Shown: positions 46,678 through 60,371, counted from the first letter of the stretch. The stretch is DNA of 64,000 nt from Tubiluchus corallicola (GCA_030141605.1 JAQGDQ010001039.1:1-64000); one strand, 5' to 3'. The notes: generated by a model from the letters alone, not told the origin. Numbers and translations are program-made.

Positions 46678-48182
46678 TTAAAGGAAAAGAGTACGATTTT
46701 TAACACCTATAATTAGCATTTCTGATAATTCAGTCATAGCTTAAAACTTAAACGTTACATTGTAACATAAATTTATCTGTTAAACCGGTTCTTTGCTCAT
46801 TGGCTGTGCTAAATAACCATACTAGTATAAGTATTCTCGGCAGAAACCGTATTAGAGCGTACGTGAACCACTATACTTATGCTTATAGACCTATCGACAT
46901 ATTTCAGCACAGCATCTATATATACATATAGTTTTGTTATCATCATTAAAGGAAAAGAGAACGATTTTTGACACTTATAATAATACCAAAGCATTTCTGA
47001 TAATTAAATTATAGCTTAAAACTTACTTAACGGCCTGGCCGTTATATTGGCCAGCGCAGCAATGCGAAGACGTCAAAACTGAACATATTTTTTAACGGCA
47101 GAAGGATTTCACGAGCGTGTTGTACGTGTGTGAGAAACTGAAAAACTAAACACGACGTCACTGTACAACAGCGATTGTGACATACAAATACACATACTGG
47201 GCTCACGAAAATTCAATTCCAAGCTAACTGTTCACGTAAGTGTGAGTCATTCTTAGAAAAAACACCTATGTTCTCTATTAATATTTGATAGATTGGATTA
47301 TTTATTTAAAGCAAAACCGGACAAAACAATCTACTGTTTAAAATATTGAAAGGCAACATTCTATTTTTTAATAATGACTTACGTGAAAGAATTATTACCA
47401 CACAAATACAATTTCACGTTCGTGCCCCTAGTTCTTCGCTGCTACATGTATTTCGCCATTCGCTAATTAAACGGGCACTAGCGCCTGCATTTCGGAAAAG
47501 CGTTGCACGAAAAGAGGTGCGGTACCTCTTAGTTCAGGTGTGTTAGTTTGTGACAAACTACGCACGTTCGACAGCTTATATGTGAAAACAGCGGTATACT
47601 TGAAATTTGAATTTTTATCTCAAAACTTGCCTAGTTTTAGTACAACACACTGAATATCTTACAGTAGCACTGTACATCAATTTTCGCTCGTGAAATATGT
47701 TTACTGTTGAAAATTATGTTAGTTTGTGATGTCATCATTAGTTGGGCTCGTCCGCCATTAATTAAGATTTTAATCCATTATTTTATTATTAAAGTGTATA
47801 TTTTTTACCGGACTTGAAAATGGGGTAGCATATGAAAAATCATCCTGTCTTCCTTTAAAGTATAAACCTTTTATATTGCCTAACTATAAGTTTTTTTTAT
47901 AAAGGCAAGTTCAAACCGCGATTTTTACACCAACAATAAATTTATAATAGAGGGAAAGTAACTTAACATTTTGGGTTTGTTTCTCTTAAAATTCAACATT
48001 ATTGCTTAAACGAAAACAGGATGATTTTTCTGTGCTAATCTAACTAGCGAATGACGAAATTCATAAAAAATTAAGAACTAATTGCGCGAACGCAAAGGCG
48101 CTTATCAATATGCGTTTTCTAATAATTTTCGTTAATACTGAAATAAACACAACTTATCAGAAGGATTGATCTTTCCTTTAAT
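46678..48182. mobile_element. Cluster of degenerate TTAA-flanked (Kolobok-like) element ends
   Basis: TTAAAGGAAAAG at ~46678 and ~46946; TTAAAGCAAAACCGGAC at ~47306; TCCTGTCTTCCTTTAA at ~47843-47858; CTTTCCTTTAA at ~48171. Confidence 0.4.
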
Positions 48183-49388
48183 AAACTGAGATAAAATGTT
48201 CGCAAAGTAGCCTTATAATAGAAATTGCGAAAGCGTACAGATTCGCACGGTTGCCCTCTGCAGTGCTGGAGATTCTTCGGACATACTGGACGTACTTCGT
48301 CCAGTGCTGGACATAGTTCGACCCCTTTGCGACGTATTGCGTGACAAGGTTATTGATATCCTGCTAATTGTTTACTAAAGTGATTACGAATCACACACGA
48401 ATCGTAGAATATTTAACTGTGACACGGATATTGCTACGCGTGGTTGCCTAAAGCTATCCGATAGATACTATGATCATATAGACGTAGATATATTGTATCC
48501 ATGCATGTGAATGAGTACTTCTAGTTGTTTCTAGTTTTAGTTTTATGCATAGTAGTTAATAGTTTTCTTCCGCCGAACGCATTTGCTTTTAGCTGTGTTT
48601 TAACGAAATTTCACTGCTCTGACTGCACTCACTGCTAGGTTCTGTTTATTAGAAAGTGTGTTGCTGTATTTTTTTTTGCTGATACATGTGCTCTAGATAT
48701 ACTCTTATTGCTAGACATTATGTTCGATAATTTTATTGCTAAAAATTTGATTAGTAGTTTTTCAGCGAACGAAATTTCACTGCTCTGAAACAGCTGCCGT
48801 GTTTTACTTATGTATGGGCTCGTTTCTGTATTTAAGTACTACTGAATCTAGGTTCTGTTTATTAGAAAGTGTGTTGCTGTTTAAAGACGTCTATATGTCG
48901 ACGTGATTTACTGAATATAGAAAAGCATTAAGACGAATCTTAAACTTGCCTAAAAATCCTCATTCAAACATTGTGTATTGCTGGTACATATACTCTAGAT
49001 ATGCTCTCCATAAGCGAATTTTAAAGCTCTATTGTACATAAATTTATATGTTAAACCAGTTCTTTGCTCATTGGCTGTGTTAAATAACTATACTAGTATA
49101 AGTATCTCGGCAGAAATCGTACTAGAGCACACGTGAACCACCATACTGATGCTTACAGACCTGTCGACATAATAGCGTACATTCTGTTCTGGACTTTGCA
49201 TAATGAAATATGCAATTGAATATTTCACACTTAATGATATTAATGAAATGTTGTATTCGCTACTAACAAAGTAATGTATATACCAATGTAAATAGCACTA
49301 CTTATCCTAATATATTATATGTAATGCTATCACTTACTATTACTATTAGTATTACTATTACTATAAGCTATTACTATTAGCTACTACT

Positions 49389-49951
49389 GTTGTTGTTGTT
49401 GGCATCCTTCTGTCTTGGAAGACAATGGAGTGTGCGCCAAGAGAGTCAGTTATTGATCACATTGATGGAGCTGCAGCGTCGACTGTGGCTGAACAATCCG
49501 ATCCTTGAACCACTGGAGTGGCCTCTCCAGGGTGCATGCCTGGGCAAGGTGTATGGAGATCCTGAGTTGCCCAGACAACAGGAACTCCCTCTCTTCCTCC
49601 CTGGTGTAGTCCAAAGGAAAGCGGAGTGATGCGTTTGGCACCAGGTTGGCTGCAGGAGCTGCCGGAGTCAGTGAGCATACTGCACTGGTCCGCCTTCGGG
49701 CTCCACTCCTGATTTGGAAGGTTTACTCCTCTACACATGGCCGTTGGGTCACTTGACCTCCTCCGCCCTCTAGCCGTTGACTGCTTGTGCTCCTCCGCCT
49801 AGTGTCGAGATACAGTGTGGGCATTCGCGCAAGCCTACAGCACCTGGTATTCCTAGGCGGTCACCAATCCAAGTACTAATCAGGCTCTACGTTGCTTAAA
49901 AATCGGTGATCAGACGAGAACCGGTGTTTTCAACGTGATATGGCCGTAGAC
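49389..49951 (-). mobile_element. Full-length 5S rRNA-derived SINE (SINE3), ~563 bp
   Basis: 49831-49951 is a complete 121-nt 5S-like head (GTCTACGGCCATATCACG...GCTGTAGGCTT) with no T-run terminator. It is followed by the shared body and a (CAA)n tail. Candidate TSD TAGCTACTACT/TAGCTATTACT. Confidence 0.9.
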
Positions 49952-49954
49952 TAG

Positions 49955-50236
49955 CTATTACTATTACTATTACTATTACTATTACTATTACTATTACTAT
50001 TACTATTACTATTACTATTACTATTACTATTACTATTACTATTACTATTACTATTACTATTACTATTACTATTACTATTACTATTACTATTACTATTACT
50101 ATTACTATTACTATTACTATTACTATTACTATTACTATTACTATTACTATTACTATTACTATTACTATTACTATTACTATTACTATTACTATTACTATTA
50201 CTATTACTATTACTATTACTATTACTATTACTATTA
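49955..50236. repeat. (TATTAC)n hexanucleotide array
   Basis: Direct reading. Confidence 0.95.
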
Positions 50237-50993
50237 GCTATTACTGTTACTAATTAAGCTATTAGTACTAGTAATTGCTATTTACATGTGTGAATAAAGA
50301 TGATATATATAAAGATCATACAAAATGGAAGCAGGGTTGACGTATTCATAGATTATAGTTCAACTTTTCTCTTTCGGATTTCCTTGTCATTATTTATTGT
50401 CGAAATTTGGAATTTAATTTAATAACAAAATGTTCAATTATCATCTAAAAATCCATCAATCATATTTGCGTTTGTAGTTACGGCTGCCCAATCCATTAAA
50501 GACTAAACAGAAACACGGTAGATGCAAATTAACAGTTAATTCTATAAAATTTGTAAAATTATTTATTCGCTTAAGTAGGCTTAATAAACAACAAACTCAG
50601 TCTCAATTTCAGATGTTGGGGGTCAATTCGCTCTTGTAATCTTGCTTTAAGTTCATCTAAGAGCATCGAGCAGCCAGATTTTCGTCTTTAAGTTGCAACA
50701 AAGCGTTTCGTTTTTGGAAACAACTGCGATGGCTCTTTCACGAAACGTGCCGACCAAGATAATTACATGTACGTGTTACTGGTGACGTAAAATCAATTAA
50801 ATAGAATTGGTGATTTAGTCTTCTTGGAAATTAGCTATTTGACATAGAGCATGGGCAGCGAAAATCGTAAACTTCACGTTAAATTCAGGTTTAGTTTTAC
50901 TTTAATGTACACAAAATTTTAACATTTCTGGCTGGTTAACAGAACCATATATCTAGCTTTCGATTATTAGTAATTATGTTGACTACATAATTA

Positions 50994-51448
50994 CCGTATT
51001 TTCCCGTGTATAAGAGACCCTTTTTTGCTCAGAATTTTCACTTTAAAAATAGGGGGTCTCTTATACATGGGAGTAAGTCTTTTCAATAAGATGCATAAAT
51101 TGTGACACTAACGATTTTAAAGAAATAAGTGCTCTACAACTGTTTTGCGTGTGGCGTTCGACTATGAAGCGGTTGTAAGCAATACAAGCATCGTGACACA
51201 GGCATTATCTCCTCGTTTTCTCTTTTCCTGTTACAGGTTTGCAGGTACGCACTTTAATATATACCAGTACTCTTTTTCTACAACACATTAACTGGTTTTA
51301 TTTTGTTTTCAGTACCGCACTGAGTTGAAAAAAGTTGTACTCTACCCTCTAAAAATGTCCGTCTGAAAAAACTTTTTTCCAGAATTTTTGCCTAAAAATT
51401 GAAGGGGTCTCTTATACACAAGGGTCTCTTATACACGGGAAAATACGG
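50994..51448. mobile_element. Tc1/mariner-pogo-like MITE (455 bp)
   Basis: TA|CCGTATTTTCCCGTGTATAAGAGACCC ... GGGTCTCTTATACACGGGAAAATACGG|TA, with internal GGGTCTCTTATACA repeats. Confidence 0.85.
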
Positions 51449-52679
51449 TAATTATGTTGACTACATAATTATGCTCGCAAATAAGGTATCTTGTTCCACA
51501 TTAACCAACGAAGATTTGTTAGGTTGTTATAACGTAACTGTAACGACATGTTTCCAAACAAACAAAGGCAGCTGATTTTAGTAATTTGTCACAGAATTGT
51601 GTAATACATAAATTACAGAGTCGTTTTAAAGCAGTCAAAACAGTTGGGAACAATTACAGTGATCTAACGCATAAATCAGCAGTTTCGGAACACTTAATTA
51701 ATTTTTAATTAGGATGGCTGCTTTAATCATTGCAATTTACGCGAGAAAATGTAGTCGTTATGCACGTTATAGATGCGATAAACAGCCTCGAGAATTAAAA
51801 TGCAAATGTGTTAAAGCGTTGCAGTATTTACCCCAGGAATTTAAGGTTCGGTTAAAGCAGTAATTCTTAAACGCGCGGTACACCCCAAGGCGGTAGCGTG
51901 GGCCCACTGCTGTTTCTAAACTTAATAAGCCGATGTTTGCTTGTAATAGAAATTGGTTGCACGCAGTTCTTGAAAATATTTTACAGCAGAAATGATGCTG
52001 AGCGTGCGATCGCTTCGGCAGTTTGTTTGGTTTTTACGCTGTTATTATTTGCTTTTTCAAAAGTTACAATTTCGTGTTTCCATGGTGGTAGAGCACCACG
52101 TTTCGTTATTGTTAACGATGCAATCAGACGGAAACAATTGTCACTCTCAGCTGTTGATAGAACCTTGTGTTTTTACAATCTGATGGCTTCTTTCCACTCA
52201 TTCCTGAAAAGTCACAATTATCCTGTTTTTTGTCATCGGTCTAAGGATAATTGGTTAATAGGAAGGCAGACAATGCACTGCCGGTTTTTCAATTTGTTCA
52301 ATGACTCTAATAGGCCTCATTAAACGACTCTTCCTTCCAATCTAAGAAAAAAAATCAATCGCTAGGCAGATGGTTATCCAAAGGATTAGTACTGTTATTA
52401 GTGGTGAGGTTAGATTAGCTGGAAAGAAAAGTTCCTGCATTTTTTGTTAAAATTCAATAGCGAAGATCTTCTTTATCCTGCATTGAGGACGTTTTTGCAA
52501 CTTTGATTCGTTAGATGGGCCTTCAAAAGCGATCAAGGTGACTTCGGGAATAGCTGCCATTTGTCTTTCAGATTGTAACGTTATTTAAGTAAGCTTAACC
52601 ACTTAGTCGTGAAGGAAGGAGATTGTCCAGCTGCAGAGGACAGAAGCAGAGACAGAGAGTGAGAAAGAGAGAAAAAAGA

Positions 52680-53125
<446 letters not shown>

Positions 53126-53419
53126 GGGAAGCCTGTTGTACAACTCTGTCGCAATTTGTAATCAACGTTAACTTAAAAGCAATATTATTGAGCCATCTCT
53201 GGGGTTTACCTATCTGTAGGATAAAACCTTTTAATTATAGATCAGGTTCGAACAAAATTCCAACGTTGGGGAAATCTATATTAGCATCTAGATAATGTAC
53301 TTGGAATTGCACTGCCGTTAGATTTCGCTACGTTAAAATAAGTTTTTAGTAAATCTGGTTGTCACTGGTCAGTAGAATCGGCTACTAAATTAAAAACCTA
53401 TCTTCGTATAATATATTGT

Positions 53420-54210
53420 ATATAATATAATGTAATGTAATGTAATGTAATGTAGTGTAGTGTAGTGTAGTGTAGTGTAGTGTAGTGTAGTGTAGTGTAG
53501 TGTAGTGTAGTGTAGTGTAGTGTAGTGTAGTGTAGTGTAGTGTAGTGTAGTGTAGTGTAGTGTAGTGTAGTGTAGTGTAGTGTAGTGTAGTGTAGTGTAG
53601 TGTAGTGTAGTGTAGTGTAGTGTAGTGTAGTGTAGTGTAGTGTAGTGTAGTGTAGTGTAGTGTAGTGTAGTGTAATATATCATATCATATCATATCATAT
53701 CATATCATATCATATCATATCATATCATATCATATCATATCATATCATATCATATCATATCATATCATATCATATCATATCATATCATATCATATCATAT
53801 CATATCATATCATATCATATCATATATCATAACATAACATAACATAACATAACATAACATAACATAACATAACATAACATAACATAACATAACATAACAT
53901 AACATAACATAACATAACATAACATAACATAACATAACATAACATAACATAACATAACATAACATAACATAACATAACATAACATAACATAACATAATAA
54001 AACATAATAACATAACATAACATAACATAACATAACATAACATAACATAACATAACATAACATAACATAACATAACATAACATAACATAACATAACATAA
54101 CATAACATAACATAACATAACATAACATAACATAACGTCACGTAACGTAACGTAACGTAACGTAACATAACATAACATATCACAACACAACACAACACAA
54201 GACAACATAA
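53420..54210. repeat. Compound pentanucleotide array TAATG-TAGTG-TCATA-TAACA-TAACG-CAACA
   Basis: Direct reading. Confidence 0.95.
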
Positions 54211-55819
54211 AAAAATATAATAATTAGCGAATTATTAGCACTATGTGTAACTGGAAAACTACACTCCCGTAATAAAAAGCAGTACTAAATTCTCATAGTA
54301 CGTTTACAAGATGTAAAAATTTAAAAAACTAGACGTGTATATGAGTGATTTAGGAAAAACAAATCAAATTACTTCGTGAATAAGTTTATCTTTAGCTACT
54401 AGTGTATGCTGAGAATGTGGGTCTCTGACGTCATGGTAATTTCTAGGCTGTTGGTAGGAATTATGCTGTAATAGCTGATGGTCAGTAATACCTGCTTAAC
54501 TACTAGCAGCTCAGCTAGTAGTGTCTGGTCACTCGATGATGGATCAGTGACAAGTGGCCGTAGAGACACGCGGTCAAGTAGTTTTTCCTTCGTTGCTGTT
54601 CTTCAGGGTGTTATTTTGGTACCGTTTCTGTTTAGCTTCTACTTTGGAATTCTATACCATTACAGGTTAAACAAATCAAGTCCCTATCAACATTTAAAAT
54701 AAAATTAAAATCACTAATATTAACCAGATATGAAATACCATCACACCAGCACGACAACGTACACACTAATTCAGAATTTATATATCCACGCCCATGCTAA
54801 TTAAATCGTAATTTTTTTCATTTTTTGTGCATAGTTGTAAATATGTTTGATTTTATTCGTCGTTACTTTCCATTACTGCACTGTAGTTTAGATTGCGCTG
54901 ACGCATTTGCCTTTAGCAGTGTAAGTTTTTATTAACTAACTCTGATTGATCATCTCTGTAAAGTTTTTATCAGTGATTATCAATGTATTTGAATAGCAAA
55001 TAAAGATTATATATATATAGCTCATATATGAATATAACATAAAGGCTTTCACGACAAGTGTTACCAGACGACTACCTATCTGTAATGCAGGACAAACGGC
55101 AACGGAAACCATGCTTAAGGTTACAACTAGCAAGAAGGTTAAAGCATTGTTTAGCAAATGCATATATAGTTGTGCCAAGTACAAGTATTTAGCATCAGCA
55201 GACTGGTACTGTATTTAGAGTTGTGTATGTGTAATACGAGCAGCTCTGGCATCAGACGAGTTTAAAACACCAATCTGGAATAATCCCAAACTAATCTAGG
55301 AGACGGAAAAACACTCGAAAGGCTTTATAACATCAGAGTTGTATAAAAACGGGAGAGATTCCTCAAGGCGTCAGCTGTTAACCTCGCTAAGCAACAACAA
55401 TTGTTTAGGAGTGGCTAATAAGAACAGGATTTTCGCAAGGAAGAGTTAAAACAGTAATCGCGGCATGTTAAAGTGACATTAATAAATATTTCAAGTAAAA
55501 ATGTGTCTAGCATTCAGTTCTCTTAAACAGTTTTGATGAGGTTCAACAGCAGATTGGTCACGGTGACAAAAGTTGAGCAACACCAAAGGTAGTCAGCGAC
55601 TGGATGGATGATTGCCAAATTCAGTGCGTTCTGACGTGTGTTCAGTTTGTCATGCTTATTGTGGCTGTTTACCTGATTAACACATATCTGCTTGTGCATA
55701 TTACAGAATTGGCTTTGAAAACGACTAAGGTTTTGGATTTTCACACAAAGTCTTAGTTTACTTTCTGCTGAGGAATTACTGATTACTATTTAATAATAAT
55801 GTTTTTGGTAATTATGCCT

Positions 55820-56709
55820 ATGACTTTGTTACCTGTGATTTCTACCCGTGACTTTATTATATGTGACTTCTACCTATGACTTTATTACATGTGACTTCTA
55901 CCTGTGACTTTATTACATGTGATTTCTACCTGTGACTTTATTACATGTGACTTGTGTGACTTTATTACCTATGACTTTATTACATGTGACTTTATTTCCT
56001 GTGGCATTGTTAATTGTGACTTTTACTACATGTGACTTCTACCTGTGACTTCTATCTGTGACTTTATTACCTGTGACTTTTTACCTGTGACTTTATTACT
56101 TGTGCTCTTTTTCTAATCATGTTTTTCCTGTGGCTTTTCTCTGACTTTTTTACCTGTAACTTTTTTACTTCAGACTTCTACCTGTAACTTTATTACCTGT
56201 GACTTTATTACCGTGATTTCTACTGTGAATTTATTACATGTGACTTCTGCCTGTGACTTTATTACATGCGAGTTTTACCTGTGACTTTATTACATGTGAC
56301 TTCTACCTGTGAGTTTGTTACATGTGACTTCTAGCTGCGACTTTATTACCCGTGTCTTTATTACCCGTGACTTTATTACCTGTGACTTTATTACCTCTGA
56401 TATTATTACATGTGACTTCTACCTGTGACTTTATTACCTGTGACTTTATTACCTGTGACTTCATTACATGTGACTTCTACCTGTGACTTTATTTCCTGTG
56501 ACTTTTTTACCGGTGTCTTCATTAGCTGTGACTTCATTACCTCCAACATTAGTACATGTGACTGCTACCTGTGACTTTTTACCTGTGACTTTATTGCATG
56601 TGACTTTTTTACAGATGACTTTATTACAAGTGACTTCTACCTGTGACTTTTTTACCTGTGATTTTATTACTTGTGACTATTTTACCCGTGACTTTATCAC
56701 CAGGATTCC
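55820..56709 (-). mobile_element. Tandem array of 14-15-bp units (CTGTGACTTTATTAC / TGTGACTTCTACC), same family as 34073-34500
   Basis: Reverse complement reads GGAATCCTGGTGATAAAGTCAC..., matching the start of the 34 kb element. Confidence 0.6.
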
Positions 56710-57250
56710 TACCGTCCCTCCTGGCGTTCGAGAATTATAGAGACTTCCAGCACCACGTGTACGATGACAATTATTATTAGCGCACTTTACAGTACGACAC
56801 AACCTGCTGTATTTCTGGAAATGGTTCACCACTCACAGAATAAAATTTCAAGTTTGTCATAAAGTTTTATGGTGAGGAAATCCTACAGCTCACGAAAATC
56901 TCAACCTTAGTAAGAATGTGAACTGCGAATAACGAGTAATTTAAAGTTTCGTGAGAAATCTTTAGTAAAGGGAGTTGCAGGCAGAATATCTTGAATACGT
57001 TCTTATGTTTGATAAACTAAATGAAACGCTTCTGCCTGAAAAACTTAATATAGCTGCCTTAGGAACTAATGATATGTTGAAGTTGTTATTATTCGGATAA
57101 GATGAATTCAACTATGTTGCTAACTGTAAAATATTCCAATGCATACATGACTTTATATTACGTACTAAACGCTTCCAGTAGTTTCTATCTGATATGAAAT
57201 GCATCAGTCTTAAATATTCGTACATTAATATTTTCTAACCGTCATTTTCT

Positions 57251-57472
57251 ACTAATGTCTAATGTAACCTTGTAGTAAAGCTTGTCAGCTTGTGTAGTTA
57301 TAGTCGATTCTTACTGTAAATGTTACTAATGTCTAATGTAATCTTATAGTAAAACTTGTCAGCTTGTGTAGTTATAGTCAATTCTTACTGTAAATGTTAC
57401 TAATATCTAATGTAATCTTATAGTAAAACTTGTCAGCTTGTGTAGTTATAGTCAATTCTTACTGTAAATGTT
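57251..57472. repeat. Tandem repeat, 3 x 74 bp
   Basis: ACTAAT(G/A)TCTAATGTAA at 57251, 57325 and 57399. Confidence 0.9.
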
Positions 57473-57879
57473 TTTGTAAATAGTGTATAAAGTCTGTTGT
57501 GGTGAGGATCCTAAATCATGTTGTTCAAACTGTATGATCCAATCCTATAATAAATTATATTTAAACTATAAATCTTTAGTAAAGGGAGTTGCGTGTGTGA
57601 GTTGCTCGCAACCTGGAGTTGCTAGGCAAATACACGATTCCTGTGGAGAAACATTAAAGGAAAGCAGGACGATTTTTCATATCCGTCCCATTTTGAAATA
57701 TGGTAAAAAGCATACATTATAATAAGACATACCAGGACATAATAAGTCTCATTCCACCTATTTTAGACTCTGAGAGATCCACATTTGTTAGAGTATTCCA
57801 CCCACTTCTACCTGCAGCTAACAGCGTAAGTTCTTCTGCTCCTAAAGCCGGATTTTTTGAAGTTGTTGAACGTCTTTAT

Positions 57880-58260
57880 TTATCTTAGCTATCCAAGTTG
57901 TTTTTGGTTTGCCAGGTGGTTTTTTGCAAAGTTTCAAGGCTTCCTTTAAGGCGATTCTTACTTGGCTTCATTTGGTAATCTTAGAAGATGTCCTAGCCAT
58001 CTTAATCTGTGGATCTTGACTTTTGAACTCCAAGAAATTTCTTTTGTTCTGGTGTATAAATCTTCGTTTCTGATTATGTATGGCCATCTTATCATTAAAA
58101 CTTTCCTAAGAAGACTTCTATGAAATGTGTCAATCTGCTGCTTTTCTTGAGTAATCGTTAAACCCCGAGTTTTACTGTTGTACATAAATATGCTGGTAAC
58201 GTAAGCATTAAATAATCAAAGTGTTATGTCAAGACTTAATTTCTTGCTAGTTAATACAAA
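57880..58260 (-). mobile_element. RTE-like LINE fragment (region C-terminal to RT)
   Basis: IDTFHRSLLRKVLMIRWPYIIRNEDLYTRTKEISWSSKVKIHRLRWLGHLLRL followed by PPGKPKTTW. Confidence 0.75.
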
Positions 58261-58660
58261 TATATTTACAAAGTGTATTTACAAGGAAGCCAAATGTGTA
58301 ACGAATTAACAGGCGTTCTATAAAGGAATAAGATACACAGGTATACTATTACTGACGGTGACGGTAGGCTGTGGCTCGCTTTTTAAACATTTTATAAACT
58401 TTTAATAAACGTTGTTTTCTTTTTATAATAGTGTGAGTGCCTATAAAAATCTGCTGTATAAATCTTCATTCGTGAATATAGCTGTTTTAAAAACTCGTCT
58501 GTATGTTTACATAACCACTAGCAACAGTTACTATCCACCCTGCCTAGCAACAATTATGATTTTAGCAATTTTTTATCTTACCTTCTGAATTTCAAGGCAT
58601 ATATGGTGGGTGCTGTAGTTGTAGCGTAATCTGTACCAAAACATTTCAAAAGACCTTGAT

Positions 58661-60216
58661 ATGAAACTACTGATTGCAATAGGTGTCAGTCTGACCACGT
58701 TGATTGTTAGATGTGGAACGGACTGTATCTGTGATGAGCTCGACTTCATATCGGAAGAGACGGACAAACCCTTCTGCACTTGTGTTCCTATAACTTCGCA
58801 TGGCGAAACGACAAAGTGCTCCATTACCTGTACAAACGTGGAAACGAAGAAAGATGCGTCAGACGTGGACCTCTCCAAGTTACCACCGAATGACGTCTCC
58901 CAGTTGTCCATTAAGTACTACAAAGACGGCGAGCTACCCGATAACTTTCTGAAGGGAAAAATCATGGAATCTCTGATGATTGCTGATTCCACAACCCTCA
59001 AGAGCATTGACAGGAACACGTTTGCAGCTGATGTCCAGCAGACGTTGTTACTGGACAACCTGACTGTTTTAGATACAATTCATCCTCAAGCATTCAAAGA
59101 GTTAAAGAATCTGGTGCATTTTAAAATCAACAATTGTTCCAACTTGAAAGACGTTGACTTCGATTTCTCTCAAAACGTGCGTCTACGCCGGATTTCCATA
59201 TCAGGAACAGGTGCCGTAACCATGTCAGAGCCGATGATGGCCACCTCACATGTACAAGTGGCGTTGGACCTAAGGCGTAAGCTAATTTCTCCTTTTCATG
59301 GTTTGTGCAGTTGCAATTTAAATTGTAAGGCGTAAGTTAATTTCTCCTTTTCATGGTTTGTGCAGTTGCAATTCCAATTGTAAGACGTAAGCTAATTTCT
59401 CCTTTTCATGGTTTGTGCAGTTGCAATTCTAATTGTAAGGCGTAAGCTAATTTCTCCTATTGATGGTTTGTGCAGTTGCAATTCTAATTGTAAGGCGTAA
59501 GCTAATTTCTCCTTTTCATGGTTTGTGCAGTTGCAGTTCCAATTGTAGGCGCACGCTAATTTCTCCTTTTCATGGTTTGTGCAGTTGCAATTCTAACTGT
59601 AAGGCGTAAACTAATTTCACCTATTGATGGTTTGTGCAGTTGTAATTCCAATTGTAAGGCGCAAGCTAATTTCTCCTTTTCATGGTTTGTGCAGTTGCAA
59701 TTCCAAATGTATGTAGGTTGCTTTAGGGTTTGTTACAGGTACTCGATAAAAATTGTTTTCAACACGCTTGATTTTTGCGAGTTTGCTTCTTATTAGTGAT
59801 TAAAAGATCTTTAAAACCGAATTCAATTCGAAATCTTGAAATTCAGTTTTATTCAAGTTAGAAAGTCGACTCGAATTGGCTTTCTGATAGAGAATTGTCA
59901 CCCCTTATTAAACTTCTGTAGCTTTCTGCCTTGTAACCGGAACCATGCTGCGCATTATGGAGTGTTTATTTTCTGTTATGAATTCGCAGGTAACAAATTT
60001 ATATGCGACTGCAAGATGGAATGGTTGATTGAGCAAGCTTGGAAATCATTAACCATTGACTGTGAGCAACCTCGTGGAAGATATGATGAAAGTGAACTTC
60101 CTGTAGAACACTTCAAACGGTGTTTGGGAAGAGCAGACAGATTGCAGGCCGAGTTCTTATTAACATATGTTTTATTAATAAATCTGTGCACCATGGTTTT
60201 CCTGCTTCAGAGATAA
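58661..60216 (+). CDS. Two-exon extracellular LRR protein (280 aa; join 58661-59276, 59990-60216): signal peptide, Cys-rich N-cap, a few LRRs, LRR-CT, hydrophobic C-terminus (GPI signal-like)
   Basis: A phase-1 intron GTAAGC(59277)...TTCGCAG(59989) gives VALDLRRNKFICDCKMEWL, matching the LRR-CT consensus. LRRs LKSIDRNTF and LDTIHPQAFKELKNLVHF; 843 nt including stop; AATAAA at 60359-60364. Confidence 0.85.
59271..59710 (+). repeat. Intronic minisatellite, 8 x 55 bp, starting at the exon-intron junction
   Basis: Donor-like G(T/C)A motif at 59277, 59332, 59387, 59442, 59497, 59551, 59606 and 59661. Confidence 0.95.
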
Positions 60217-60371
60217 CGACTGTATAGCGCTTTTACCTAGTTGCCAACCAATACTTTTACGTTTTGTCATATTAGTTTTCTTGTACGAGATGTTTGTGTT
60301 TAAACGAATTAGAATTTGCACCCATTTGAAAACTAAACATTCATCAACGCCAACGAGTAATAAAACTGTAC

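Noticed and set aside
49831-49951. Functional 5S rRNA gene
   Set aside because: No oligo-T terminator, fused to a body shared with three other dispersed copies, and it has a tail and candidate TSD, so it is a SINE head.
51650-52323. 141-aa ORF and a possible GIY-YIG relic (KSAVSEHL)
   Set aside because: The ORF starts at GTG and has no motif; the relic is too degenerate to call.
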